64,000 bases of DNA from assembly GCF_035594765.1 (NCBI RefSeq), contig NW_026943821.1, positions 26,797,225 to 26,861,224 of the forward strand. The letters are read 5' to 3'. A model generated the notes under the pieces. It did no database searches, had not been told where the DNA came from, and saw nothing but the letters and a program-made list of their open reading frames with translations. Source of the stretch: Anolis carolinensis (Eukaryota). Made by a program: the position numbers and the translations under genes. This document shows positions 12,970 to 25,088 of the stretch, in pieces. Every line of letters begins with the position of its first letter. Positions within the stretch are counted from its first letter, which is position 1.

Positions 12970-15268
12970 TCACGGCCTTCTGTTTGGCATGTGGATGTCC
13001 ACGGGGACAAATGTCACTGTTGGGTTGCGGCCGGGACTATTGCCACCCGGAGCCAAAGCAGGGAGGATGGTGGCTTTGGTGTTCTTCGGTTCCAGCTCTC
13101 TCTGCGTCCTCATTCGTCTACAAAGAGTGAAGAAAGCACAGCATTAGTCAGGACCTGGCCAGCTTAAGCTCTTTGTCCTGGAATAGTATTACTCCCCTAC
13201 ATGAGTCAGAATCATGCCACCATCCAGATACAGGCAGTGCCCAAGTCACCAACAAGGTATCTTCTGTAGGTTTGTTCATAATAATAATAATAATAGTAAT
13301 TAGTTCCTTGACAAAATTGAAGGAAAAGCTGATAAGGAGAAGACCTGGCTCAGGCTCACGAATGGGACCCTGAAGAAGGAGACAGAAGGCCTGATCCTTG
13401 CCACCCAGGAGCAAGACATCAGGACAAAGGCAATTCAGGCCAAGATCGAAAAATCAGCTGATGACCCAAAATGCAGACTCTGCAAGGACACCGACGAAAC
13501 AATGGATCATATCCTCAGCTGCTGTAAGAAAATTGCGCAGAAAGACTACAAACAGAGGCACAACTATGTGGCCCAAATGATCCATTGGAACTTATGCCTC
13601 AAGTACCACCTCCCAGCAGCAAAGAACTGGTGGGATCACAAACCTGCAAAAATTTTAGAAAATGAGCACGCAAAGATACTGTGGGACTTCCGAATCCAGA
13701 CTGACAAAGTTCTGGAACACAACACACCAGACATCATAGTTGTGGAAAAGAAAAAGGTTTGGATCATTGATGTTGCCATCCCAGGTGACAGTCGCATTGA
13801 CGAAAAACAACAGGAAAAACTCAGCCGCTATCAGGACCTCAAGATTGAACTGCAAAGACTCTGGCAGAAACCAGTGCAGGTGGTCCCGGTGGTGATGGGT
13901 ACACTGGGTGCCGTGCCGAAAGATCTCAGCTGGCATTTAGAAACAATAGACATTGACAAAATTACGATCTGCCAACTGCAAAAGGCCACCCTGCTGGGAT
14001 CTGCACACATCATCCGAAAATACATCACACAGTCCCTGACACTTGGGAAGTGTTCGACTTGTGGTTTTGTGATACGAAATCCAGCATATCTATCTTGTTT
14101 GCTGTGTCATAATAAAATAATAATAATAATAATAACATTTTTATACCCCGCCTGTATCTCCCCAAAGGGGACTCAGGGCGGCTTACATGGGGCCAAGCCC
14201 GAATAAAAACAATAACAATATAAAACACAACAATAGACAAGAGACATGCACAATTATAAAAATGTAAACATTACCCAATAAAAACAAATGACAAGAACTA
14301 ATAAAAACATGGATTAAAACGGAGAGGTTGTAAAAATAGTCTGGGTAAGGTGCAACATATAAATATTGTAAACACTAGGTGACTGATGAAGTGCTGCAAA
14401 TTCTTGGAAGTGCAAATTGGGATGGGAATAAACCCTGTGTCTATATCAAGTTGACAAAGGTAAAAAGTGCAAACCAGTACGAAAATGGTCACAGATACAG
14501 GATTGTTATGGGGATGAGCAATCTTAAATTGGATGTAAGTCAGAACAGGGATATTTTTAAGTGTAATTCAAGATAAATATAGATGCACACAAACACAATG
14601 ATAGATCAGATGATGGGTTTGGTATCAAGTAGCTCCTAACAAGCTCTACCCCATTCCTTACGGGTTTTGATTTGTATGTCTGGTCCCCATAGCTAAGCCA
14701 CATGAGCTGATCGGATCCTGCAAAAGGACATACAAGGAGCAGGGTTCAAAGCGACTCCATGGACGTGAAAACCCAACAGCAGCAGCAGAATGATGCAAAG
14801 AGATCGTGAATCAACACCCACGGAATACGCACGGGATCTTCCGCTTGTGCGCCTGAAGAATTAAAGGAACTTGAGCACGAAGCCAAGTCACTGACTCACC
14901 TATTATACATTTTCAGCAAGAGGAGAACCACCGTGAATATAACAATTACGCCAACCACAATGGCCGCCACAATTGCGCCGGAACCTAATGTGAGGAAGGA
15001 AAGAAAACAAAGCAGCAGCATTAAAGGAACCCAGAACCAAATAGGTTTATTGTGATGTTCCACACCACTTTGTATCCATCATAATTTCGTATTCATAATT
15101 TTCTTTCCAATTTTTGGCTATAGCTAATCTTAAAGCAGCAACAAATCTATTAATTCTTTCTTTTGCCATTACGTTTTTCTTACTCTGATAAAGAACTTGT
15201 TCCTGAGACTTGTTGGTGACATTGGTCAAAGACAGGGAACCTTCAGCAGCCGGTGCCGCCGTCGTCAT
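12970..15268 (-). CDS. NCMAP: Non-compact myelin-associated protein (MP11), 105 aa
   Basis: Exons 15184-15268 (MTTAAPAAEG...VLYQ), 14900-14984 (SSGAIVAAIVVGVIVIFTVVLLLLKMYNR, TM helix) and 12970-13117 (RMRTQRELEPK...VTFVPVDIHMPNRRP*). Sits between SRRM1 and RCAN3 as in mammals. Candidate polyA signal at 12129-12134. Confidence 0.93.
13303..14110 (+). mobile_element. Dong/R4-clade non-LTR retrotransposon, 5'-truncated (CCHC knuckle + restriction-like endonuclease)
   Basis: CRLCKDTDETMDHILSCC zinc knuckle and TPDIIVV...IIDVAIP...KLSRY (PD-D/E endonuclease). Flanked on both sides by (TAA)n. Confidence 0.85.
14111..14450 (-). mobile_element. L2 LINE 3' end
   Basis: GTAAGCCGCCCTGAGTCCCC...GGGGTATAAAA(TTA)n tail on minus, the same tail as the ORF-bearing L2 at 62481-63346. 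Confidence 0.65.
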
Positions 15269-15444
15269 CTTGATCCCAGACAACTAGATCAAAAGAAACA
15301 TCTCACCTGAGAACCATGCATAGAACCAATAAAGAAGGACAAAACAACAGCATATAATCTCCATAGCAAGCTTATAATGGTACTAGGTGTTAGGATTTGG
15401 TTTGGGAAAACTCCCCAAAACAGCAGAGCATCCAAAATACAAAT

Positions 15445-16066
15445 GGGATACTAATAGTTGAGCATTCAGCTCACAACAAGCAGAGCGTGAAGTGTCATGT
15501 GGCTGTAAGGATTTCAGAGCTTAGGAGGCAAAGATCCAGAGTTCAGTTGGGATACTAATAGTTGAGCATTCAGCTCACAGCAAGCAGAGCGTGAAGTGTC
15601 ACGTGGCTGTAAAGAATTTAGAGCTTAGGAGACAAAGATACAGTGTTCAATTGGGATACTAATAGTTGAGCATTCAGCTCACAACAAGCAGAGTGTGAAG
15701 TGTCATGTGGCTGTAAAGAATTCAGAGCTTAGGAGACAAAGATCCAGAGTTCAATCGGGATACTAATAGTTGAGCATTCAGCTCACAACAAGCAGAGTGT
15801 GAAGTGTCATGTGGCTGTAAAGAATTTAGAGCTTAGGAGGCAAAGATACAGAGTTCAATTGGTATACTAATAGTTGAGCATTCAGCTCACAGCAAGCAGA
15901 GTGTGAAGTGTCATGTGGTTGTAAAGAATTTAGAGCTTAGGAGGCAAAGATCCAGAGTTCAATCGGGATACTAACAGTTGAGCATTCAGCTCACAGCAAG
16001 CAGAGCGTGAAGTGTCATGTGGTTGTAAAGAATTTAGAGCTTAGGAGGCAAAGATCCAGAGTTCAG
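15445..16066. repeat. Minisatellite, ~104 bp x 6
   Basis: Unit GGGATACTAATAGTTGAGCATTCAGCTCAC...GGCAAAGATCCAGAGTTCA repeated six times. Confidence 0.9.
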
Positions 16067-16868
16067 TCTGTATAATTACAAAAGGTTTATTTACAAAAAA
16101 ATAAGTATATTTTTGGAGCAAGAGTCCAAACACCTGGAGGGCCGAAGTTGGCCCATGCCTGTAGTATATCGTTAAAAGCCATCATGTGGCCGTCAGCTCC
16201 TTGAGAACAATCCTTGCTCAGTCTGGCCCTGGCCACAGACATAATTACTTAGAGGAAATTTATCCAATTTCAACACACACACGCTCCTAGCCCCATTGCA
16301 TCTGTGAAGGGGAACTTGGCTCTTTTTCAGGCTCCGAAAAGGTGAAAACACGAGGCACCTGTGTTACGCGCAGGGAGGAAATTATTGGATCAAAACTGTC
16401 TGTTGGCTCCCAGTGAATGGCGCACAGTAGCCGCCAGGAACCTTAAATCTGGCTCTGTGATGAAAAGTCTATTAATGGAAGCTCAGTGAAACAAAACATA
16501 ACAAAAAAAATGGGAAAATCCAGATAATTACAGGCAGCCCACGAGAATGTTGGCTTCTTGACGGGTTTGCTCCCGATTTTCAAAGCTCTGGATTAACAAG
16601 TTCGTTTGTGTCAAGCCAGCCAAAATGGAGAGAAGACAAAAAATGAAAATAACACAAGCCCCGAGTCCATAACTAGGTCATTCTCCTCTGTGTGAATGGC
16701 ACCTTTGTGTATCCAAGGCTGAGTTACTCTTGTAACATGATAATCTACTTTGGTCGGGGAACGTTTCCCCCTCCTCCCTTCCTTTGAAATAGCCAGAAAC
16801 TCACATTCTTGTTTTCCTAGTCCACCATTCCTACGGTACATTATTTATATAGCATTGCACTCTAGTCT

Positions 16869-17885
16869 TGAGACACCGTTTCGCCCAGCATCACACCAGA
16901 GTCCAGTAGTACTAACTATAGCAGTTTATTAAGAAATTAATGTACAAAAGGGAAAAGTGCATTTCCCAAAAGAGCAATAGGAAAAGAACTATCAAATAGC
17001 AGTAGTCCATACATATACAAAAGACCAGTAGTCCAAAAATGGCAAGGTACATGAAGTCAAGGAAGTCAAGATCACCGGCATAAATCCATAAGCATGAAAG
17101 CAGGAACTTTTCCCAAGGCAAAACTCTCAGGAACATACGCAAACACAGGAAACTTGAATCATGAAACAGTAACCGGAACCTTTTGGCAACATTTTCTGCT
17201 CTGAGAGACAACAAGTAAACATCACTTGATTTAAGACCAAGTCCGACCAAGAAGCCATGAGATCATGCCTCACACACCTAGGTTTCAAGGATTTCACGCA
17301 GAGTCTCTCTGACCATTTAATTAATCTATCCTTCACTCCCTCCCTCCAGAGACCTAATCTGATATCATGGGAAAACTCCCCATCAACTGAAGGCCGATTC
17401 TCAAGAGAAATGGACTTTTCCCCTGTTGCTAAGGAATGAACATAGGAATGCATATCCTCTGTCTCATCTTCAACCGCCTGCACTTCTCTCTGATCTAAGG
17501 CCTGCAACTTGGACTTAAGCAAAAGTGGCAGTTAAAACCGTTTGTCTCCGAGGCGAAAGTGGTAGTTTAAACTCTCCAAGGCAAAAGTGGCAGTTAAAAC
17601 CATTTGTCTCTGAGGCGAAAGTGGCAGTTAAAACTGTTTGTCTCCGAGGCAAAAGTGGCAGTTAAAACCGCTTGTCTCTGAGGTGAAAGTGGCAGTTAAA
17701 ACCGTTTGTCTCCAAGGCAAATGTGGCAGTTAAAACCGTTTGTCTCTGAGGTGAAAGTGGCAGTTAAAACTGTTTGTCTCCGAGGCGAAAGTGGCAGTTA
17801 ACTATTTGTCTCAGCACCAAGCTAGGGACAGCAGCCAATTGGAATTCTGGCTCCTGACTGGCTCAGCCAATCACCTGTTGACACA
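16869..17885 (-). mobile_element. Probable solo LTR (Gypsy-like) containing a 34-bp minisatellite
   Basis: Resembles the TSD-bounded LTR at 46291-47155 (CA end, AATAAA on minus). No clean TSD. Confidence 0.4.
17521..17812. repeat. Minisatellite, ~34 bp x ~9
   Basis: Unit AAAGTGGCAGTTAAAACCGTTTGTCTCCGAGGC(G/A). Confidence 0.9.
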
Positions 17886-19057
17886 TGTCCTTTCCAGTCA
17901 ACTCACCACACCATGGTCCCCTTTTATGATTCGTGCTGGGCATAAAAGACTCGTTTTCTCTTCCTGGGTTGAACTGGAGAAGACTCCTATGTCTCCCCCA
18001 AACACGCCTCTCGTTCTGCCTCCTCTTCTCTACAACCCTGACTCTTGTATTTCCCAGGTGTTCTCAAGGAGGATGAAGGGGCCACTTCTTTTCGCTCGGT
18101 GCTGGCTTGACTCACCCTTCCAGCCAGCTTGTCCGCTTGGGCAGAATTTCCAGGCTGGCGAGCGAGAGGAAGGCCAGGATTTTTAATGATTATTATGATT
18201 ATTAATCCAAGCGCCGCGCCTCTTGGCCAAAAGAAACACCGGAGTGCGTGGAGACCGGCCAGGAGCTGGGGTGTGGGCAGGGGTTGTGAAGGAGGGTTGT
18301 CACTGATGTTGGCTGCGTCCGTAGCCACAAAAAGCGCACAATCAGCAGCTCTCATGGAGGGCACTGGGTTCAGCCAGCTGCACCAACCAACTTTCTTACG
18401 CAGATCTAAACTGGTCCATAGTTTACGCCTGGTGTTCACAAGAGGATCTCTTAATGTATGTAGCTTCTGGAGTTGCTATCTCACAGGCAAAGTGCCCTCC
18501 AGACATTGAAAGGTATCTGTATGTTTCAAAATACAAACCCAAGGTGTGTGCCTGTGCCAGGGTCTGTCTACCTGGAGATTAGCCACGGCGTCATGCTCGA
18601 ACACACATTCGCGACACAAGGACGCAGCATGCATGCGATATGGGGAATTCCCATTCCGACAATCATTAACTGCAAAATAAACATTTCCTTATTGCAATAG
18701 TATAGCTTCTAAAACAGGCACGGGCAAGCTTTGGCCTTTCCTCCAGACGTTTTGGACTCCAACTCCCAGAATTCCTAACAGCTGCAGGCCCTTTCCTTTT
18801 CCCCTAAGCCTGCCTTTGAGTCATTTCCAACTGATGGCCATCGTAAGTTACACCTAGCGCGGAGGTTTCTGGGGCTAAAAGTCTATGACTTGTTCAAGAT
18901 CACCAAGTGGGGTGAGTGGGGTTCGAAGCTGAGTGGGGTTCGAAGCCTGTTCTTTGAACCCGTTGTCCAACGCTCAAACCACTATGTCACATTGGCTCTG
19001 TGCAAGGAGGTTCCTCCTTCAAATATCCCCATCCAAAGAAACCTAGGGTGTTATTTC

Positions 19058-19770
19058 TGTCATGGTTTGCAAAGATACTATATGTGTTTTAACTGGAAAA
19101 TCAAATGCATGAAGCCAATTGGCTGAGTTTGCCAATTGGGAATTGGTTTGCAACTGTTGCTGTCCTGCTGCTGGAGAATCAGTTTGAACAGGTTACAGAT
19201 GTCATAGTTTGCAAAAATACTGTATGTGTGTTAACTGGAAAATCAAATGCATGAAGCTGATTGGCTGAGTTTGCAAGGACCTGGGAATCGGTTTGCAACT
19301 GTTCCTGTCCTGCTGCTGGAGAATCGGTTTGAACAGGTTACAGATGTCATGGTTTGCAAAAATACTACATGTGTGTTAACTGGAAAATCAAATGCATGAA
19401 GCCAATTGGCTGAGTTTGCAAGGAACTGGGAATTGGTTTGCAACTGTTGCTGTCCTGCTGCTGGAGAATCGGTTTGAACAGGTTACAAATGTCATGGGTT
19501 GCAAAAATACTATATGTGCGTTAACTGGAAAATCAAATGCATGAAGCTGATTGGCTGAGTTTGCAAGGAACTGGGAATCGGTTTGTAACTGTTGCTGTCC
19601 TGCTGCTAGAGAATTGGTTTGAACAGGTTACAGATGTCATGGTTTGCAAAAATACTATGTGTTAACTGGAAAATCAAATGCATGAAGCCGATTGACTGTG
19701 TTTGCAAGGACCTGGGAATTGGTTTGCAACTGTTGCTGTCCTGCTGCTGGAGAACCGGTTTGAACAGGTT
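19058..19770 (+). repeat. ~119-bp tandem array (~6 units), possibly within an LTR extending to ~20066
   Basis: Unit TGTCATGGTTTGCAAAAATAC...AACTGGAAAATCAAATGCATGAAGC...TGCTGCTGGAGAATCGGTTTGAACAGGTTACAGA. Confidence 0.85.
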
Positions 19771-20663
19771 TCTCTCTCTCTGTGAATCTACTGATTACTG
19801 GCTGGAAAGAAGATGGCTCTGTACTCAGAGAGGCCTGACTATTTCTGAGGCCTTGTTCACTGCTGATCTTCACTGATGCAGATTTATGAACCAAGAAAGG
19901 ACGGCTTATGACTGCTGATTTCTGTAAGCATTCAGAAGGACTATAGTAAATACCATTGTTCTGTTGTTCTCTTGGGATTAGTAAAAGTTCCTGTGTTATT
20001 TGTTCTGCAAAGCTGACTGGTGCATCATTCTGCAGGGTAACTCTGGGTTCATGGGCACACGTAAGAGCTTCTATCCATCATCCACAATCCCCAACAATTT
20101 CATCTACAGACCATTAAATCCTTAGCACCACCTGGAAACCAAGGAAATCCAAACAATGGACTCCCTGCCAGCTTCAGATATGGAAAGAGGGAAGTGGCTA
20201 GCAAGCTTTGAAAAAATTCAATCAGTGTTCCTTCCAGTGTTAAGCTAACTTTCGCTGTTAAGTTCAATGCTGCTTCCTCAATTCAACTAAACAAACAGCA
20301 GCAAATACAATGGGAGAACGGTCTGGGAGCCAGAAAAGCAGGTAGCTGAAACCTTCTCATCGGTATCTCATTTCTTTTCTGCCTGAAGAACTAGACTGTG
20401 GTGGATTGTGTTCACGACAAGGCAAGATGTGTGTCCTATTCCTCTACAACAGACACCAGAAGCTGGATTCTACACTGATATATAATCCAAAATTTCAAAG
20501 AGATAATCCACTTTATCTGCTTTGAATTGATTTGTTCTGCCACGCTCACACATACCGTATAAGTTGGTCTCATGGATATGTTGAGAGGAGGTTCTAGATC
20601 AGGCATGGGCAAACTCTGGCCCTCCGGGTGTTTTGGACTTCAACTCCCACAAATCCTAGCAGC

Positions 20664-21154
20664 CAGTTCTCCAGCAGCAGGACAGCAACAGTTGCAAACC
20701 GATTCCCAGGTCCTTGCAAACTCCGCCAATCGGCTTCATGCATTTGATTTTCCAGTTAACACACATATAGTATCTTTGCATACCATGACATCTGTAACCT
20801 GTTCAAACTGATTCTCCAGCAGCAGGACAGCAACAGTTACAAACCAATTCCCAGGTTCTTGCAAACTTCGCCAATCGGCTTCATGCATTTGATCTTCGGA
20901 GATAGTCATTAATTAATCAGCCCCAGTGGGTTTTTAATAATTTATCCTGTTTTTATTACGGTCTTACCATTTATGTGTTTTAAATGAAATTTTTATCTTG
21001 TATTGTTGTTTATATTGATATATTGTATTATTGTTTTATCTTTTTATATTGTGATTTATTGTGTTGCTTATATTTTGTTCTTATGTTGTTTGGGCCACTG
21101 CCCCATGTAAGCCACCCCGAGTCCCCGTGGGGAGATGGTGGCGGGATATAAATA

Positions 21155-21214
<60 letters not shown>

Positions 21215-21556
21215 CTTCCAGTTAACACACATATAGTATCTTTGCAAACCATGACATCTGTAACCTGTTCAAACCGATTCTCCAGCAGCAGGACAGCAAC
21301 AGTTACAAACCGATTCCCAGGTCCTTGCAAACTCCACCAATCGGCTTCATGCATTTGATTTTCCAGTTAACACACATATAGTATTTTTGCAAACCATGAC
21401 AACTATAACCTGTTCAAACTGATTTTCCAGCAGCAGGACAGCAACAGCTGCAAACCGATTCCTAGGTCCTTGCAAACTCCACCAATTGGCTTCATGCATT
21501 TGATTTTCCAGTTAACGCACATATAGTATCTGCAAACCATGACATCTGCAACCTGC
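20664..21556 (-). repeat. Inverted copy of the 119-bp tandem array, interrupted by an L2 3' end (~20898-21212)
   Basis: Reverse complement of the units at 19058-19770. The L2 tail is flanked by an ATCTTC duplication (20892-20897 / 21213-21218). Confidence 0.85.
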
Positions 21557-21559
21557 TCC

Positions 21560-21910
21560 GGTTAATGGTTTGGCGGCAGCTCTTTGGACCAGATGAAGTT
21601 TTGGAGCACGCTCCAATGGCTTCCCAAAGTCAAAGTGCATTGCATTAATCCAAGCAGGATGCAATTAAGGCATGCGCCATCAGATCTGACATCCCAAGGA
21701 ATGGGTGCGGTTGGCACACAAGCTTTCAATGTCTCCAAAGCACTTCAGGCAACAACAGAAACCTGGGCTTCCAGGTCCAAAGCTTGAGTTCCGGAGCAGA
21801 CCCAAACTGCAAAAATGTCTCTTTGAGGTAGATCAACCCCACGCAACACAGGCTTAAGACACTTGGTGTCATAAACCCTATACTGGGAATCCCTGCCAAA
21901 GCTGCCACTC
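21560..21910 (-). mobile_element. Degenerate L2 reverse-transcriptase fragment
   Basis: Diverged match to the LVRQLRP...LVTSRLDYCNAL region of the L2 at 63200-63346. Confidence 0.45.
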
Positions 21911-22209
21911 ACCAGTCACACTGTCGGTTAGTAGAGGCAAAGCAAAGGAACAGCCAGAGTTCAGTCCAGGGTTCAAGCCAAACAGGATCAACAAATCTAA
22001 ACCGTCTTCCAAAGCATAGTCAATCCAGCAAGAGTCAAGGTGCAAGATAATAAGAGTTCCCCATCAGGGATTCTGGCTGATGGGTCCCAACCTTTGGGCC
22101 TCCCGATGTTTTGGACCACAGTTCCCACCAGCTGGGAAGTTGGCCGGGATACCTGGGAGTTGAAGACCAAAACACCTGGAGGGCTGAAGTTTGCCCATGC
22201 CTGCTGCAG

Positions 22210-23475
22210 CCTCCCTTTCCTTTTTCTTCTCCTTTCCTGCGTTTTCCTTTCTCTTCTCTTCCTCTTATTTTCTCTTCTTCCTTTTCCATTCCTTTGCCTT
22301 CTTTCCTTTTTCCTTTTCTCTTCTCCTTTCCTTTCTTTTCTCTTCTCATTTCTTCTTTGCCTTTCCTTTCTCTTCTCCTTTTCATCTCTTTCCTTTCCCT
22401 TCCCTTTCTCTTTTCCTTTCCTTTCCCCTTCCCTTTCTTTCCTCTTCTTCTCCTTTCTCTTTTCCTTTCCTTTTCTCTTTCCTTTCTTTTTTTCTCATTT
22501 CTTCTTTCCTTCCGTTACCATTCTCCTTTCCCTTTCCTTACTCTTATCCTTTTCGTCTCCTTTCCCTTCCCTTTCTCATTTCTTTTCCTTTCTTTCCGCT
22601 TTTCCTTCTCTTTTCCCCCCTCTTCTTTCCACTTCCCTTTCTTTCCTCTTCTTCTCCTTTCTTTTCCTTTCCTTTACTCTTTCTTTCCTCTTTTCCTTTC
22701 CTTTCTCTTCTTTCTTTCCTTCCCTTTCCCTTCTCTTTCCCTTTCCTTTACTCTTTCCTTTCTTTTTTTCTCATTTCTTCTTTCCTTCCGTTACCATTCT
22801 CCTTTCCCTTTCCTTACTCTTATCCTTTTCGTCTCCTTTCCCTTCCTTTTCTCTTTTCTTTTCCTTTCTTTCCGCTTTTCCTTCTCTTTTTTCCCCCTCT
22901 TCTTTCCACTTCCCTTTCTNNNNNNNNNNNNNNNNNNNNNNNNNNNNNNNNNNNNNNNNNNNNNNNNNNNNNNNNNNNNNNNNNNNNNNNNNNNNNNNNN
23001 NNNNNNNNNNNNNNNNNNNNNNNNNNNNNNNNNNNNNNNNNNNNNNNNNNNNNNNNNNNNNNNNNNNCCTTTCTCTTCGCCTTTCCTTTCCAGTCCTCTT
23101 TCTTTTCTCCTTGTCCTTTCCTCTTTCCTTTTCATTTTTTTCCTTTCCTCTCCTCTTCCCTTTCTTTCCTCTTCTCCTTGTCCTTTCCTTTCCCTTTCAT
23201 TTCTTTTTCCTTTTCTTTCCTCTTTTCCTTCCCTTTCCCTTCTCTTTTCTTTCCCTTTCCTCTTTCCTTTCCTCTTTTCCTTCCCTTTCTCTTCTCCTTT
23301 CCTAACTTCTTTCTTTCCTCTTCTCCTTGTCCTTTCCTCTTTCCCTTCACTTTCTTTTTCCTTTCCTCTCCTCCTCCCTTTCTTTCCTCTTCTCCTTTTC
23401 CTTCCCTTTCCCCAAGGCTTCCTTCCTTCTTTCCTTCCTTCCTTCCTTCCTTCCTTCCTTCCTTCCTTCCTTCCG
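22210..23475. repeat. Long polypyrimidine/polypurine low-complexity tract with a gap (22920-23067), ending in (TTCC)n
   Basis: Almost pure C/T on plus, with an internal ~290-bp duplication. Confidence 0.9.
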
Positions 23476-23499
23476 AGGGGCCCCAAGGATGAGCCCGAC

Positions 23500-23830
23500 C
23501 CCCTTCCCACCTGGATCGGAGCTCATCTGGCGGCAGGACCTACCTCTCTCCTCACAGGTCTGTTCTTCCTTCCTTCCTTGTTCCCTGGGGTTGGCTTCTC
23601 TTCTCTTCTTCCCTTCCCTCCTGGGTCCCGATCCAGGCACCGCTGCCCTGCCTGCCCTCCGGCAGAGAGAGAGAGAGAGCGAGGCCTCGCCCTGGCTGGA
23701 CGGCAAGCACTCACCGGCCGGCCCCTCCCTCCTTCCCTCCCTCCTTCCTTTCTTCCTTCCCTCCTTCCTTCTCTCCGCCTCCTCTCGCAGGTGTCCCAGC
23801 CCTTTCTCCGTCCCTTCCTTCCCCTTCCTA
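23500..23830 (-). promoter_or_regulatory. NCMAP: Putative NCMAP non-coding first exon / promoter
   Basis: GC-rich patch with donor CCG|gtgagt at 23715/23714 on minus. No transcript evidence available. Confidence 0.35.
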
Positions 23831-23990
23831 TGTGTCCCATTTGAACTTCTGTACCCACCCACATCTGTTCAATCCGGACGTCAAAGAAAGCTTTGTATGG
23901 CTCCTCTGGGAGATTTGTAGTGGGGTGTTGATTTGTCAGCCACCTTGAGTCCCTGTGGGGAGAAAGGCAGGGTAGAAATAAATTATTTTA

Positions 23991-24343
23991 TTATGACACA
24001 GCAAACAAGATAAACATGCTGGATTTCGTTTCACAAAACCACAAGTCGAACACTTCCCAAGTGTCTAGGACTGTGTGATGTATTTTCGGATGATGCGTGC
24101 AGATACCATAGGGTGGCCTTTTGCAGTTGGCAGATCGTAATTTTGTCAACGTCTATTGTTTCCAAATGCCGGCTGAGATCTTTTGGCACGGCACCCAGTG
24201 TGCCCATCACCACCGGGACCACCTGCACTGGTTTCTGCCAGTCTTTGAAGTTCAGTCTTGAGGTCCTGAGAGCGGCTGAGTTTTTCCTGTTGTTTTTCGT
24301 CAGTGCGACTGTCCCCTGGGATGGCAACATCAATGATCCAAAC
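23991..24343 (-). mobile_element. Dong/R4 3' fragment
   Basis: WQKPVQVVPVVMGTLGAVPKDLSRHLETID, plus the same 3'UTR as 13303-14110. Abuts an L2 tail at 23935-23990. Confidence 0.85.
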
Positions 24344-24764
24344 CTATTATTTATTTATTTATTTATTTATTTTGACCTGCTCCCTCCCAGGCTGGCTGTA
24401 CTTTGCTAAAGGGAACTCCATTACAGGCAGTGCCCAAGTAAGCAAGACAGGTTCTGTAGGTTTGTTCTTAAGTTGAATTCTTTTGTAAGTCGGAACAGGG
24501 ACATTTTGTAAGTGTAACTCCAGCATATCTATCTGTCTGTCTGTATACACATACACACACACCCCCACACATATATACACACACATAGCTACATTTTCCT
24601 ATTTGTATGTGTGTGTATATATATAGATATATACACACAGAGATACATTTTGTAAGTGTAACTCCAACCTGTCTGTATGTGTGTGTGTGTATATATGTAC
24701 TGTAGATACTAGATACAGTAGATATAAACACAGATACATTTTGTAAGTAACTCCAGCCTGTATA

Positions 24765-25088
24765 CAGTAGAGTCTCACTTATCCAAGCCTCGCTTATCCC
24801 AAGTTTCTAGATTATCCAAGCCATTTTTGTAGTCAATGTTTTCAATATATCGTGATATTTTCGTGCTAAATTCGTAAATACAGTAATTACAACATAACAT
24901 TGCTGTGTACTGAACTGCTTTTTCTGTCAAATTTGTTGTAAAACATGATGTTTTGGTACTTAATTTGTAAAATCATAACCTAATTTGATGTTCAATAGGC
25001 TTTTCCTTAATCCCTCCTTATTATCCAAGATATTTGCTTATCCAACATTCTGCCGGCCTGTTTATGTTGGATAAGTGAGACTCTACTG
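24765..25088. mobile_element. MITE family A
   Basis: TIRs plus TA. Confidence 0.85.

Noticed and set aside
13502-14206. 234-aa ORF as a host endonuclease gene
   Set aside because: It is the C-terminus of a truncated Dong/R4 retroelement present in several copies; its normal stop is mutated here.
22040-23844. Long F/L/S/P-rich and K/R/E/G-rich ORFs (up to 577 aa)
   Set aside because: Artefacts of a stop-poor polypyrimidine tract spanning an N gap.
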